Origin: Calditrichaceae bacterium | GTDB lineage: Bacteria > Calditrichota > Calditrichia > Calditrichales > JBFXGD01 | Assembly (NCBI GenBank): GCA_050173015.1 | Contig: JBFXLE010000002.1 | Span: 128,001 to 192,000 of the forward strand | Direction: 5' to 3' | DNA: 64,000 bases | Part shown: one piece after another, positions 10,424-21,915 of the stretch | Numbering within the stretch: position 1 is the first letter of the stretch | How the letters are laid out: each line of letters opens with the position of its first letter | Translations under genes and position numbers: made by a program | Notes under the pieces: model-generated | The model's input: the letters and a program-made list of their open reading frames with translations, nothing else | Told to the model about the DNA's origin: nothing | Database searches by the model: none

Positions 10424-10596
10424 ACCTCCGCAGGCGATTATTTATAAATATGGAATTATAGAAAAAGAATACTAAAGAGTGAAATTTAGGTCATTTCCTC
10501 TAAAAATCATATTAAAAAAATGAATAATATAATGCAAATCCGTATGGTACATGATGAATAGTGACGGCTTTAAGTAATGATCGCTTCCTAAAGTGA

Positions 10597-11793
<1,197 letters not shown>

Positions 11794-11806
11794 AATAGGA
11801 GTTAAT

Positions 11807-12139
11807 ATGCTTGAATTTGTATTCTTAATGGCGCCCCCAAGCGGTGGTGGCGCAGAGGGCGGAAATGCTCTTCTTTCTTTTTTACCATTTATTCTCATTC
11901 TTGTAATTATGTATTTATTAATGATTCGGCCCCAGCAGAAAAAACAAAAAGAAAAACAAAAAATGCTGGAAGCGCTTAAGAAAGGCGACAATGTCGTTAC
12001 TGTCGGCGGGATTCATGGTAAAGTCGTAGGATTTGCTGACGATGAAAAAATTGTAATCGTAAAAGTTGACGACAACGTAAAACTGAATTTAGATAAATCT
12101 TCCATCACACTTGTGGCTCCTGTTGGCGGCAAGCAATAA
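11807..12139 (+). CDS. yajC: Preprotein translocase subunit YajC
   Basis: IRPQQKKQK...LKKGDNVVTVGGIHG; follows tgt; AGGAG RBS. Confidence 0.95.
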   Translation: MLEFVFLMAPPSGGGAEGGNALLSFLPFILILVIMYLLMIRPQQKKQKEKQKMLEALKKGDNVVTVGGIHGKVVGFADDEKIVIVKVDDNVKLNLDKSSITLVAPVGGKQ

Positions 12140-13068
12140 TGAATATTATTTTTATGGGTACTCCGCAGTTCGCGGTTGTGTCTCTAAAAAAGTTGATTGA
12201 ATCAAAACACAAGGTTCTGGCCGTTGTAACCGTTCCCGATAAAAAGAAGGGACGGGGTCAGAAAATGGGTTCTTCCGCGGTGAAGGAGTTCGCGTTAGAA
12301 CATAATATTCCCGTGTTGCAGCCGGTTGATCTTAAATCGGCTGATTTTATCCAGGCTCTTAAAGATTTTAAATCTGATATGTTTGTTGTCGTTGCCTTCC
12401 GCATACTTCCGGGACAGGTATTCGGTATTCCACCCCAGGGAACTATAAACATTCACGCGTCGCTCTTGCCAAAATACAGAGGCGCGGCGCCGATCAATTG
12501 GTCGATTATGAACGGAGATTCTGAAACGGGTGTCACGACGATGCACATAAATGAAAAAGTTGACACCGGGGATATTTTATTACAGGAAAAAGTAAAAATT
12601 GATCCTGAAACGACTGCCGGGGAGCTTCATGATTCACTCGCGGTCAAGGGCTCTGATCTGCTTTTGAAAACTATTGAACAGATTGAGAGCGGCAACATCA
12701 GTCCAATTATACAGAATGACACGCTTGCGACAAAAGCTCCCAAAATAAAAAATGAAACTTGCCATATAGATTTTTCAAATGACGCGCGGCGTGTTCATGA
12801 TCACATTCGCGGTTTGAGTCCTTATCCGGCGGCGTTTGCTATTTATAACGGCAAAATTATGAAATTTTTTAAAAGTTTTGTAATGATGACGGAGTCCGTT
12901 ACCGGAGAAGCGGGAACAGTGATCGCAATTGATAAGGATAGTTTCGTGATTGGCTGCGGAACCGGATCAATTAAAATCGTTGAAGTTCAGCCCGAGGGAC
13001 GAAAAAGAATGTCTGTAAAAGAGTTTTTTAATGGATATAAAATGACGATTGGGTCAGCGTTTAATTGA
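12139..13068 (+). CDS. fmt: Methionyl-tRNA formyltransferase
   Basis: IIFMGTPQFA, INIHASLLPKYRGAAPI, DTGDIL motifs. Confidence 0.97.
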   Translation: MNIIFMGTPQFAVVSLKKLIESKHKVLAVVTVPDKKKGRGQKMGSSAVKEFALEHNIPVLQPVDLKSADFIQALKDFKSDMFVVVAFRILPGQVFGIPPQGTINIHASLLPKYRGAAPINWSIMNGDSETGVTTMHINEKVDTGDILLQEKVKIDPETTAGELHDSLAVKGSDLLLKTIEQIESGNISPIIQNDTLATKAPKIKNETCHIDFSNDARRVHDHIRGLSPYPAAFAIYNGKIMKFFKSFVMMTESVTGEAGTVIAIDKDSFVIGCGTGSIKIVEVQPEGRKRMSVKEFFNGYKMTIGSAFN

Positions 13069-13200
13069 TAGGTTAAAAGAAATCAGGATAAATGAGTCTT
13101 GAATCACAGCAAGTTATATCTTCAAAATGATATATTTTGATAGCTTAAGGATCAGGATGTGTCGGAAAATCGTAAATGTGATCTAAAACCGGCATATTTC

Positions 13201-13227
13201 TTAAGTTTAGTCAATCAAATCCGAAAT
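13201..13227 (+). promoter_or_regulatory. Putative sigma28 (FliA)-type promoter
   Basis: TTAAGTTT-N11-TCCGAAAT versus consensus TAAAGTTT-N11-GCCGATAA. Confidence 0.45.
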
Positions 13228-13292
13228 TATCTATTGAAGAATGAAATATGCTTGCAGATCGATTCAACATTCTGGTACATGGAGGTTGATTA

Positions 13293-14330
13293 GTGTACAT
13301 ACCGAAAATTCTAATCGTAGATGATTACCCGGAAAATATTGAACTCATAAAGAATTTCTTTAATGGTGACGGATTCCATTTTCTATCAGCCAACAATGGT
13401 GAAGAAGCGGTTCAAAAAGTGTATGATAAGATGCCTGATATCATCCTGCTCGATGTAATAATGCCGGGCATGGATGGATATAAGGTTTGTGAAATCCTTA
13501 AAAACGATCCCCAGACCCGCCTGATCCCAATCATATTAATAACAGGACTTGATGATATTGAAAGTAAAATTAAAGGCATAAAATTAGGCGGAGATGATTT
13601 TATAACCAAGCCTATTAATATGTACGAGTTGAAAGCCCGTGTTGCGTCTTTGCTGAGATTAAAAGAATATACAGATCAGCTTGAAAGCGCGGAGCGTGTC
13701 ATTTTCAGTCTGGCGCTGGTCGTGGAAGCCAAGGATGCGTATACCATTGGTCATTGCACCAGACTTGCTAATTATGGCTCACTGCTCGCGGAGAAGGTCG
13801 GATTGTCGACTGATGAGATAAAAACAATCCGCAGAGGCGGAATTCTGCATGATATCGGTAAAATTGCCATAAAGGACAATATATTACTCAAACCGGGTCC
13901 CTTAACATTTGAAGAGTATGAGATTATAAAAACACATTCTGAAATGGGGGAACGGATATGTCAGCCGCTAAAAACACTTGAGGACGTTCTTCCCATCATT
14001 CGATATCATCATGAAAGATTTGACGGGAGCGGATATCCGGATGGGCTGGCAGGAGAGCAAATTCCTATTCAGGCCAGGATTATTTCCATGGTTGACAGTT
14101 ATGATGCTCTTACAACAGAACGTCCATATAGGCGCGCGCTTACCACTGTGGAGGCTATACGGGTATTAGACAAGGAGACGGCAAAGGGATTGTGGGACAA
14201 ACAACTTTATCGAATATTTAAAGAGATACTATCTTTGAAAAATATTGAATCCATCGTAAATCAGGGCATGGATGAGCTCAATCATGGTATGCAGTATCTG
14301 TCGGTTCATGATTCTCAACATTTTATTTGA
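13293..14330 (+). CDS. Response regulator with HD-GYP cyclic di-GMP phosphodiesterase domain (RpfG-like)
   Basis: REC (VDD, LLDVIMPGMDG, KP) plus LHDIGK, HHERFDGSGYPDGL, DSYDALTTERPYR. Confidence 0.93.
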   Translation: MYIPKILIVDDYPENIELIKNFFNGDGFHFLSANNGEEAVQKVYDKMPDIILLDVIMPGMDGYKVCEILKNDPQTRLIPIILITGLDDIESKIKGIKLGGDDFITKPINMYELKARVASLLRLKEYTDQLESAERVIFSLALVVEAKDAYTIGHCTRLANYGSLLAEKVGLSTDEIKTIRRGGILHDIGKIAIKDNILLKPGPLTFEEYEIIKTHSEMGERICQPLKTLEDVLPIIRYHHERFDGSGYPDGLAGEQIPIQARIISMVDSYDALTTERPYRRALTTVEAIRVLDKETAKGLWDKQLYRIFKEILSLKNIESIVNQGMDELNHGMQYLSVHDSQHFI

Positions 14331-14560
14331 TTTTTGTTTATACAATCCTGATCTTTCCGGGCTGTTTATTAATATATTTTTCTTCCTCGGGTATACCATC
14401 TGAATATGGAACAGAATTGCCAAAAATCCGTTTTAATAAACTATGTATTTACAGCATATTAATTTGTGAAATTTAATTTCATAAAAAGTGTTTAGAAGTT
14501 AAATTATATTTTCAATTTTATAAAAAAGTTATTATATTTAACGCTAAAAGAGGGGGAAAG

Positions 14561-14767
14561 ATGAACAGTACTTATAAACTGATTGAAGTTGTTGGAACTT
14601 CGTCCGAAAACTATGAAAAGGCCATTCGTAACGCGATTGCAAAAGCATCAGAATCGATTAAAGCAATAAGCTGGTATGAAGTCACCGAACATAGAGGCGC
14701 TGTTCATGATGGTAAAGTTACTGAATTTCAGGTAACACTTAAAGTCGGATTCAAAATTGTCGATTAA
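14561..14767 (+). CDS. Dodecin (flavin-binding protein)
   Basis: YKLIEVVGTS...AI..A..S...WYEV...RG...FQVTLKVGF; 68 aa. Confidence 0.93.
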   Translation: MNSTYKLIEVVGTSSENYEKAIRNAIAKASESIKAISWYEVTEHRGAVHDGKVTEFQVTLKVGFKIVD

Positions 14768-14823
14768 AATCATTTAACTGAATAAATTTTTAATGTTTAC
14801 TAAAAATTGCCACGGGAGGAAAA

Positions 14824-15072
14824 ATGGCTATTTTAATTAATGAAGATTGTATTGCATGTGATGCGTGTTTACCGGAATGTCCAAATGAAGCTATCACCGA
14901 AGGTGATCCTTTATACATCATCGATCCAGATAAATGTACTGAGTGTATAGGTTTTTTTGATGAACCACAGTGTGCCGCAGTATGTCCGACAGATGCCTGT
15001 CAGCCGGATCCGGATTATGTGGAAACACATGATGAATTAATGGCTAAAAAAGTTAAAATTCACGGTGAATAA
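14824..15072 (+). CDS. 2[4Fe-4S] ferredoxin, YfhL family
   Basis: CIACDACLPECP and CTECIGFFDEPQCAAVCP. Confidence 0.95.
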   Translation: MAILINEDCIACDACLPECPNEAITEGDPLYIIDPDKCTECIGFFDEPQCAAVCPTDACQPDPDYVETHDELMAKKVKIHGE

Positions 15073-15093
15073 TTCTTCACGGTAAAAATTGCG

Positions 15094-15126
15094 AAAAGGG
15101 CAGACCACTTGGTTTGCCCTTTTTTT
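15094..15126 (+). terminator. Intrinsic terminator after the ferredoxin gene
   Basis: AAAAGGGCAGACCA / TGGTTTGCCCTTTT stem plus T run. Confidence 0.85.
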
Positions 15127-15254
15127 ATTTAAACCATTCCGGAATTAATTTGAACATTTATTGAGTTTGCTATAAAAATAGAATTATGTTATCTTATGGT
15201 ATATGGAAATGAATTATCTAAACAACTGAAAATCCATTGACTTGGAGAATGTAA

Positions 15255-16847
15255 ATGCCTTCTGAAATTGAAATAATGGATATTGTGATATATACAATTT
15301 TGTTTATATCAGGACTCGGAATCGGTCTGGGCATTTATCATCTTTTAATGGTTAAGGCCAAAAATACTACCAAACAGATAATTGAAAACGCTCAACGTGA
15401 AGCTGATAAAATCAATAAGGACAATTTATACAAATTCAAAATGGAAATACAGCAAAAGCGCGCCAGTTTTCAGAATGACCTTCGCCAGAAAGAGGATAAA
15501 GTTACAAAGATAGAAGCTCAGTTATTGAATAAGGAAAAGGAGCTGAGAAAAGATGAGAATCAAATTAAGATTCACGAATCAAGAATAGAATCAAAAGAGA
15601 AGAAGATCAACGAACTGGAAGAATTGCTTTACGAAAAAAATAAAAAAGTCGATACGATCCTTGAAGAACAGAATAAGATGCTTGAACGCATAGCAAACCT
15701 TTCAATCGAAGATGCAAAAAAACAATTACTGCAAAATCTTGAAGGCCGCGTCAAGCTGGAAGCTGTTCAATTGGCAAACGATATCAGATCTGAAGCTAAA
15801 GAGAGCGCGCAGCGGGAAGCAAAAGAAATTATTGCGAACGCGATTGAAAATCTGGCATATGAATTCACAATGGAGTCAACGCTGTCAACGGTTGAACTTC
15901 CTAATGAGAGATTTAAGGGAATGATCATCGGTCGCGAAGGCCGGAATATACGCGCCTTTGAAGAAGCAACCGGTGTAAAAGTGATCGTTGACGATACTCC
16001 GGAACTGGTTGTTCTGTCCGGGTATGATCCTGTCGCGAGGGAAATCGCGCGGATTGCCATGCAAACACTTATCAAAAACAAAGCGATAAATGTCAACTCT
16101 ATTCAACAGGCTGTGCAAAAAGCGACAAATGACGTAAAAAAATCTATTCAAAAAGCGGCAGATGATACTCTGCGCGAATTAAAGATACATGATGTGCATC
16201 CGTTGATGAAAGAAAATCTGGGCAGGCTGAGGTATCGTTACAGCTATGGTCAGAACATGTTGCAACATTCAAAAGAAGTCGCTTTTCTTTCCGGATCGAT
16301 GGCGGTCGAGCTCGGATTCAATGTTAAGCTGGCGCGAAGAGCGGGTTTGTTTCATGATATCGGAAAAGCGATCACAAACAATTCCGAAGGAAGTCATGTA
16401 ACATTAGGTGTTGAACTTGCCGAAAAATGCAAAGAACACGAAGTGGTTATCAATGCGATTTTGGCGCACCATGAAGAGGCAGAGCCGATTTCACCCATCT
16501 CCGTTCTGGTAACCGCCGCCGATAAAATTAGCGGGAGTCGGCCGGGCGCGAGAAGGGACACGCTTGAAGCATATGCGAAACGCATCTCAAAGCTGGAAGA
16601 AATCGCCAACTCATTCGAAGGAGTATCAAAGACATACGCCATATCGGCAGGGAGAGAGATCAGGGTTATCGTTGAACCCGATAAGATAGCAGACGCCCAG
16701 GCGGAGGTGCTTTCTTCCGATATCGCTTCAAAGATCCGCGAATCAATGGAGTTTCCGGGACAAATCAAGGTATGTGTTATCCGGCAGACCATAGCATCTA
16801 AATATACAGATGACTATGAAGAAACCTTGAATCTCGACGATAAATAG
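15255..16847 (+). CDS. rny: Ribonuclease Y (somewhat divergent)
   Basis: N-terminal TM, coiled coil, KH motif IIGREGRNIR, HD domain HDIGK, SRPGARR, PGQIKV. Confidence 0.92.
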   Translation: MPSEIEIMDIVIYTILFISGLGIGLGIYHLLMVKAKNTTKQIIENAQREADKINKDNLYKFKMEIQQKRASFQNDLRQKEDKVTKIEAQLLNKEKELRKDENQIKIHESRIESKEKKINELEELLYEKNKKVDTILEEQNKMLERIANLSIEDAKKQLLQNLEGRVKLEAVQLANDIRSEAKESAQREAKEIIANAIENLAYEFTMESTLSTVELPNERFKGMIIGREGRNIRAFEEATGVKVIVDDTPELVVLSGYDPVAREIARIAMQTLIKNKAINVNSIQQAVQKATNDVKKSIQKAADDTLRELKIHDVHPLMKENLGRLRYRYSYGQNMLQHSKEVAFLSGSMAVELGFNVKLARRAGLFHDIGKAITNNSEGSHVTLGVELAEKCKEHEVVINAILAHHEEAEPISPISVLVTAADKISGSRPGARRDTLEAYAKRISKLEEIANSFEGVSKTYAISAGREIRVIVEPDKIADAQAEVLSSDIASKIRESMEFPGQIKVCVIRQTIASKYTDDYEETLNLDDK

Positions 16848-16870
16848 TTTTAAAAAAATATCTGTAAATC

Positions 16871-16904
16871 GAGCCTGTATCTGAGTAAGATTCAGGCTTT
16901 TTTT
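16871..16904 (+). terminator. Intrinsic terminator after rny
   Basis: GAGCCTG...CAGGCTT stem plus T run. Confidence 0.75.
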
Positions 16905-16989
16905 ATTTATATAATGATTTTTTTGAAATGAAATATTAAATATTTTGGTTATAGATTGATGAATTTAACAATTAAACGGAGTTAAAAAT

Positions 16990-17313
16990 ATGATCACAGT
17001 AAGCGAACGCGCTATCCATAAATTAAAGGATGTTATTGATCAGGAACAAAAATCAGGTTGGGCTGTAAGAGTCGGTGTACGCGGTGGAGGATGTTCCGGA
17101 TTCACCTATACATTGAACCTTGATGAAAAACCGGGTGAGAATGATCAAATAATTGATCTGAGCGGGATTAAGCTTATCGTTGATGCAAAAAGTATAGTTT
17201 ATTTGGCGGGAACGGAACTGGATTATACGGACGGATTAAACGGGTCAGGTTTTGTTTTTAATAATCCCAACGCTACAAAGAGCTGCGGATGCGGCAGTTC
17301 TTTCGCTGTATGA
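16990..17313 (+). CDS. iscA: A-type Fe-S cluster carrier (IscA/ErpA/HesB family)
   Basis: GGGCSGFTY, NPNATKSCGCGSSF. Confidence 0.93.
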   Translation: MITVSERAIHKLKDVIDQEQKSGWAVRVGVRGGGCSGFTYTLNLDEKPGENDQIIDLSGIKLIVDAKSIVYLAGTELDYTDGLNGSGFVFNNPNATKSCGCGSSFAV

Positions 17314-17348
17314 TGTTGTTTGAATGATGCTGATGTTTAAGGGCGCGC

Positions 17349-17383
17349 AAAAAACCTCGAATGAGATCATTTGAGGTTTTTTT
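17349..17383 (+). terminator. Intrinsic terminator after iscA
   Basis: AAAAAACCTCGAATGA / TCATTTGAGGTTTTTT. Confidence 0.8.
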
Positions 17384-17552
17384 ATGTCATAATTCCCTTT
17401 AATCTGATTAGATCAGCTTATTTGTTTTAATTAACCACATCTTAATTCACTTAATTTTTAAGTAAAATTCAATTTATGTGTAAAAATTTAAGATAAGGTT
17501 TGTTTTTTATTGAAAATTAAATAAATTTTGTGTTAAAAATTGAGGATTCAAA

Positions 17553-18050
17553 ATGTACAAAATCAGGTTGATTGGCGACCCTGTCTTAAGAAAAACCACT
17601 AAAAAAGTAACCGATTTTAATGATAATATTAAACGTATAGTAAAAAATATGATTACCGTAATGCACCGTGAGGATGGTGTAGGTCTTGCCGCGCCGCAGG
17701 TTGGTCTCGATAGCAGCATTTTAGTGATTGATATATCCGGTGTGGAAGAAAATGAATTACCCAGAGCGTTCATTAATCCTGAGATTATCGAAGCATCGGG
17801 AGAGGCTGTTTTTGAAGAAGGGTGTTTATCCATTCCCGGTGTCAGGGAAGATGTGCTGCGGCCTGATAAAATTGAACTGGTGTATAATGATGAAGACGGG
17901 AATACCCACAAAGAGTTGCTTGACGGTTGGAAAGCCCGTGTTCTGCAGCATGAAATTGACCATCTGAACGGAATTTTATTTGTTGACCGGATCAGTCCCG
18001 TGAAGCGTCAACTGCTTATAAGTCAGGATATTATTCCGGAAAAATATTGA
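17553..18050 (+). CDS. def: Peptide deformylase
   Basis: GVGLAAPQVG, EGCLSIP, QHEIDHLNG. Confidence 0.97.
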   Translation: MYKIRLIGDPVLRKTTKKVTDFNDNIKRIVKNMITVMHREDGVGLAAPQVGLDSSILVIDISGVEENELPRAFINPEIIEASGEAVFEEGCLSIPGVREDVLRPDKIELVYNDEDGNTHKELLDGWKARVLQHEIDHLNGILFVDRISPVKRQLLISQDIIPEKY

Positions 18051-18063
18051 AATAGGAAAGAAT

Positions 18064-19569
18064 ATGTTCCAGATCGCGACAATTCCTGAACAGCACAGTT
18101 TGAATACAGATCTGCTTGTTTTATTTCTAGATGAAAATTTTTGTAAAAAAAGGAAAAAAAACTTTGATATTTTTCCTGCCACAGTTGCAAAATATCTGAA
18201 AAAATATCTGTTATATAAAGATTTTAAAGGGGAATTTAAAGAAACGCGTTTATTATACCCCGAGGATCATTCAGGTATTTCCCGCATCCTGTTAGTCGGG
18301 TTGGGAGATATTTCAAAACTTGACCCGGAAAAACTCAGAACACTCGGTTTTCATATATCTTCATCACAAGAGCAGACTTCGGGCAAAAGGCATCATATTT
18401 TTTTAGGTAACGTTGAATTTTGCAGAGAAGATCTGATCCGGGCAATGGCCGAAGGCATTTTATATCAGAATTACAGATTTGAAGAATTTAAATCTGACAA
18501 GAAAAAGCAGAAAAAAGGTAATCAGTATATCTTCGTCTGCCATAAGGAAGAATATACACCTCGCTATCGAAAAGCGCTTCTTGAGACGATGGCCGCGATG
18601 AATTCTGTTGAACTCACGCGAAATCTTGCCAATCAACCGTCAAATATTCTTACCCCGGGTAAACTAAAAGATTTTATAGTCAGCCATTTTGAGCAATATG
18701 ATGATATTTCTGTCGATTACCTTGACGGAAAGCAGCTAAAAAAAGAAAAAATGAATGCTCTTCTCGCCGTAGCCAAGGGGAGTACCGAGCCACCGTATCT
18801 GATCATCATAAAATACAAACCGGCAAAAGAAAGCAAAAAAAAGCTGGCAATTGTCGGCAAAGGTGTGACTTTTGATAGCGGAGGTATAAGCATAAAACCG
18901 TCCGCCGGTATGGAAGAAATGAAATACGATATGGCCGGTGCCGCCGCAACGGTGGGGATAATGGATTTGTTTGCTCGATTAAAACCTAAATTTGAAGCGA
19001 TTGGATTGATCCCCGCCGTAGAAAATATGCCCGATGGCAACTCGCTTAAACCCGGTGATGTAATCAGGGCTTATAATCAGAAAACGATTGAAATTATCAA
19101 TACCGATGCTGAAGGACGTTTAATTCTGGCTGATACGCTCTCTTATGCCGAGAAAAATTTTAAACCCGATGCGATGATTGATTTTGCTACTCTCACCGGA
19201 GCGTGTGTCGTTGCGCTCGGAGATAAAAAGGCCGGCTTATTCGCTAATTCTGACGAAATGGCAAACATTTTGAACAGAGCGGGTGAGCAATCCGGGGATT
19301 ATTTGTGGAGAATGCCTCTATCTGATAACTACTCAGAAGATCTCAAGAGTGAAATTGCTGATATTAAAAATCTTGGCGGAAGATGGGGCGGGGCGATTAC
19401 TGCCGCAAAATTTCTGGAATCTTTTATAAAAAAAGTAAGATGGACCCATATTGACATGGCCGGAACCGCATATAATATCAAAGGATTAGATTATCTGCCG
19501 ACAGGAGCCACCGGTTTCGGACCCAAACTGATCGCTTCCGCCATGAAAGATCTTGAAAAATTCCTTTGA
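18064..19569 (+). CDS. pepA: Leucyl aminopeptidase (M17)
   Basis: GKGVTFDSGG, MKYDMAGAA, NTDAEGRLILAD. Confidence 0.95.
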   Translation: MFQIATIPEQHSLNTDLLVLFLDENFCKKRKKNFDIFPATVAKYLKKYLLYKDFKGEFKETRLLYPEDHSGISRILLVGLGDISKLDPEKLRTLGFHISSSQEQTSGKRHHIFLGNVEFCREDLIRAMAEGILYQNYRFEEFKSDKKKQKKGNQYIFVCHKEEYTPRYRKALLETMAAMNSVELTRNLANQPSNILTPGKLKDFIVSHFEQYDDISVDYLDGKQLKKEKMNALLAVAKGSTEPPYLIIIKYKPAKESKKKLAIVGKGVTFDSGGISIKPSAGMEEMKYDMAGAAATVGIMDLFARLKPKFEAIGLIPAVENMPDGNSLKPGDVIRAYNQKTIEIINTDAEGRLILADTLSYAEKNFKPDAMIDFATLTGACVVALGDKKAGLFANSDEMANILNRAGEQSGDYLWRMPLSDNYSEDLKSEIADIKNLGGRWGGAITAAKFLESFIKKVRWTHIDMAGTAYNIKGLDYLPTGATGFGPKLIASAMKDLEKFL

Positions 19570-19769
19570 TTGGTTGATTGAAACACCCTTCGTATTTTTT
19601 ACCTGCCGGATTTTTATCAGAACATCTAAAAAAAGAATTGATTTTAAAATTCAAGTGTGATAAAATTATATAATAATCTTTTGTCCATATTAAAATGCAG
19701 AAGAAAAAATGCATTTAATTATATATAAAGATATTCATTGCGTATTCGTGCAAAAATGTGAGGAACATC

Positions 19770-21776
19770 ATGCTTACTCTTGTTGAAAAAGCCTTATTCA
19801 TTGTGTTTGCATTCTTATCCGTATTCTACACCTGGAAAACCTTTTCTGTGCTGAGCAAGGTGATTATGCGGGGAGAGGGAAAACTGCATCTTGATCATTT
19901 TATGTCCCGACTGATTGAGGCAATTTCTGTTTTTACAACCCAAAAAACGGTTCTAAAAAACAGGCCTTTTGTGAGTTTTCTTCACGCGCTTCTCGCCTGG
20001 GCGTTTACCCTATACTTTTTGGTAAATGTAGGAGATGTGCTTACCGGGTATATCCCTGATTTTCATTTCATGGGCAAAGGACTCATTGGAAATATTTACA
20101 GGGTTTTTGTGGATTTCTTTAGTGTTTTTGCGCTTATTTCCGTCGCTTATTTCTTGACTCGCAGATTTGTTTTTAACTCGGCGCGTTTAACCATAAGGGA
20201 AAATGTTTTATTAACTGACGCTGCCCGAAAAGGAATGAGAAAAGATTCTCTCATTGTAGGTCTTTTTATTTTCCTGCATGTGGGCTTCCGGTTTATCGGT
20301 GAAAGTTTTACACTCCAAATGGCGGGTCCGGATACCTGGCAGCCTCTTGCCTCAGGAGTTTCTGTACTATGGAGCGGCATGAGCCCGGAATCGCTTGAAA
20401 TAATGCAGCATGTTTCCTGGTGGTTGGCACTGGGTCTGATACTCGCATTTATTCCCTACTTTCCGAGCAGCAAGCATGTCCACCTTTTCCTGGGGCCGAT
20501 CAACTTTTTGACAAAACCGCAACGCAGCGCGCCCGGAACGCTGGAACGCATTGACTTTGAGGCGGAAGATGCTGAACAGTTCGGAGTTGCAAAACTGGAG
20601 CATCTGGATAAAACCCAGATTCTTGACGCGTACGCCTGCATCATGTGTAACCGTTGTCAGGATGTCTGTCCAGCCTACATCACCGGTAAAGAACTAAGCC
20701 CGTCAGCTCTTGAAGTCAATAAACGCTATTTTATTAATCAGAATAAACATAAAATCGCCGCGGGTGAAGATACAGGCGCGGCATTGCTGGAGTATGCCAT
20801 AAGCGAATCGGCATTGTGGGCATGTACAAGCTGCGCGGCATGCGTTGAAGTTTGTCCCGTGGGCAACGAACCGATGTATGATATATTAAACATCCGCCGT
20901 GACCGGGTATTGATGGAATCCAGTTTTCCAAAAGAGCTTCAGGGTGCATACAATGGCATGGAACGGAACCAAAATCCATGGAATATAAACGAAGACAGGC
21001 TTAAATGGGCCAGTGAAGACGAGACAATCACAGTAAAAACCGTCGAAGAAAATCCGGATTATGATATATTGTACTGGGTTGGTTGTGCCGGCGCTTTTGA
21101 GCAACGAGGGCAGGAAATTGCCAGATCATTTACAAAAATTTTAAATACCGCGAATGTGAATTTCGCCGTTCTCGGGAACAAAGAGAGTTGTACCGGTGAC
21201 AGCGCCAGGAGATCGGGTAATGAATATCTGTTTTCAATGATGGCCGAGGCAAACGTTGAAACACTCAACCAGATAAAGGTCAAAAAAATTGTAACAACAT
21301 GTCCCCATTGCATGCATACATTAAAAAATGAATACCCCCAGTTTGGCGGAAATTATGAAGTTATTCATCACACTCAGTTGATCGAGGATCTTCAGAAAGA
21401 GGGCCGGTTAAACTTGAAGGATACTCCGTCAGGAAAAGTGACTTTCCATGATCCTTGTTATCTCGGACGTCATAACAAGGTTTACGATGCTCCCCGGAAA
21501 AATCTGAAAAACGCGGGTATAGCCGTGCAGGAGATGGATCGAAATCGTGAGAACAGCTTTTGTTGTGGAGCTGGAGGCGCTCAGATGTGGAAGGAAGAGG
21601 AAAACGGGGATGATGCTGTAAGAAGAAACAGATTCCGGGAAGCACAGTCTACCGGCGCCGAAGTGGTCGGAACAGCTTGTCCCTTCTGTATGACGATGAT
21701 GAGAGATGCCGGTAAGGAGCTAGAATCTACCATAAAAATTAAAGACATTGCGGAGATCATCGCAGAACGACTATAA
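19770..21776 (+). CDS. Membrane-bound Fe-S oxidoreductase with two CCG domains (FadF/HdrD-like)
   Basis: N-terminal TM helices, CIMCNRCQDVCP and CTSCAACVEVCP, CCG motifs (HDPCYLGR, FCCGAGG, ACPFC). ATG 19770 has a GAGGA RBS. Confidence 0.9.
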   Translation: MLTLVEKALFIVFAFLSVFYTWKTFSVLSKVIMRGEGKLHLDHFMSRLIEAISVFTTQKTVLKNRPFVSFLHALLAWAFTLYFLVNVGDVLTGYIPDFHFMGKGLIGNIYRVFVDFFSVFALISVAYFLTRRFVFNSARLTIRENVLLTDAARKGMRKDSLIVGLFIFLHVGFRFIGESFTLQMAGPDTWQPLASGVSVLWSGMSPESLEIMQHVSWWLALGLILAFIPYFPSSKHVHLFLGPINFLTKPQRSAPGTLERIDFEAEDAEQFGVAKLEHLDKTQILDAYACIMCNRCQDVCPAYITGKELSPSALEVNKRYFINQNKHKIAAGEDTGAALLEYAISESALWACTSCAACVEVCPVGNEPMYDILNIRRDRVLMESSFPKELQGAYNGMERNQNPWNINEDRLKWASEDETITVKTVEENPDYDILYWVGCAGAFEQRGQEIARSFTKILNTANVNFAVLGNKESCTGDSARRSGNEYLFSMMAEANVETLNQIKVKKIVTTCPHCMHTLKNEYPQFGGNYEVIHHTQLIEDLQKEGRLNLKDTPSGKVTFHDPCYLGRHNKVYDAPRKNLKNAGIAVQEMDRNRENSFCCGAGGAQMWKEEENGDDAVRRNRFREAQSTGAEVVGTACPFCMTMMRDAGKELESTIKIKDIAEIIAERL

Positions 21777-21804
21777 AATTTATCGGAAACTTGAAATATT
21801 ATGT

Positions 21805-21837
21805 AAAATGCGCTCGCTAAAAGAGCGCATTTTTTTT
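21805..21837 (+). terminator. Intrinsic terminator
   Basis: AAAATGCGCTC / GAGCGCATTTT plus T run. Confidence 0.85.
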
Positions 21838-21915
21838 ATTTATAAGCCGTTGTTCACTTTTGACTTTGAGACGGTAATTTCATAAATTTAAAAGCTTTAT
21901 AAAAAGATAATGTGA

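Noticed and set aside
15059..15083. Short direct repeat TTCACGGT at the end of the ferredoxin gene
   Set aside because: Only 8 bp in two copies, with no associated element; likely chance.
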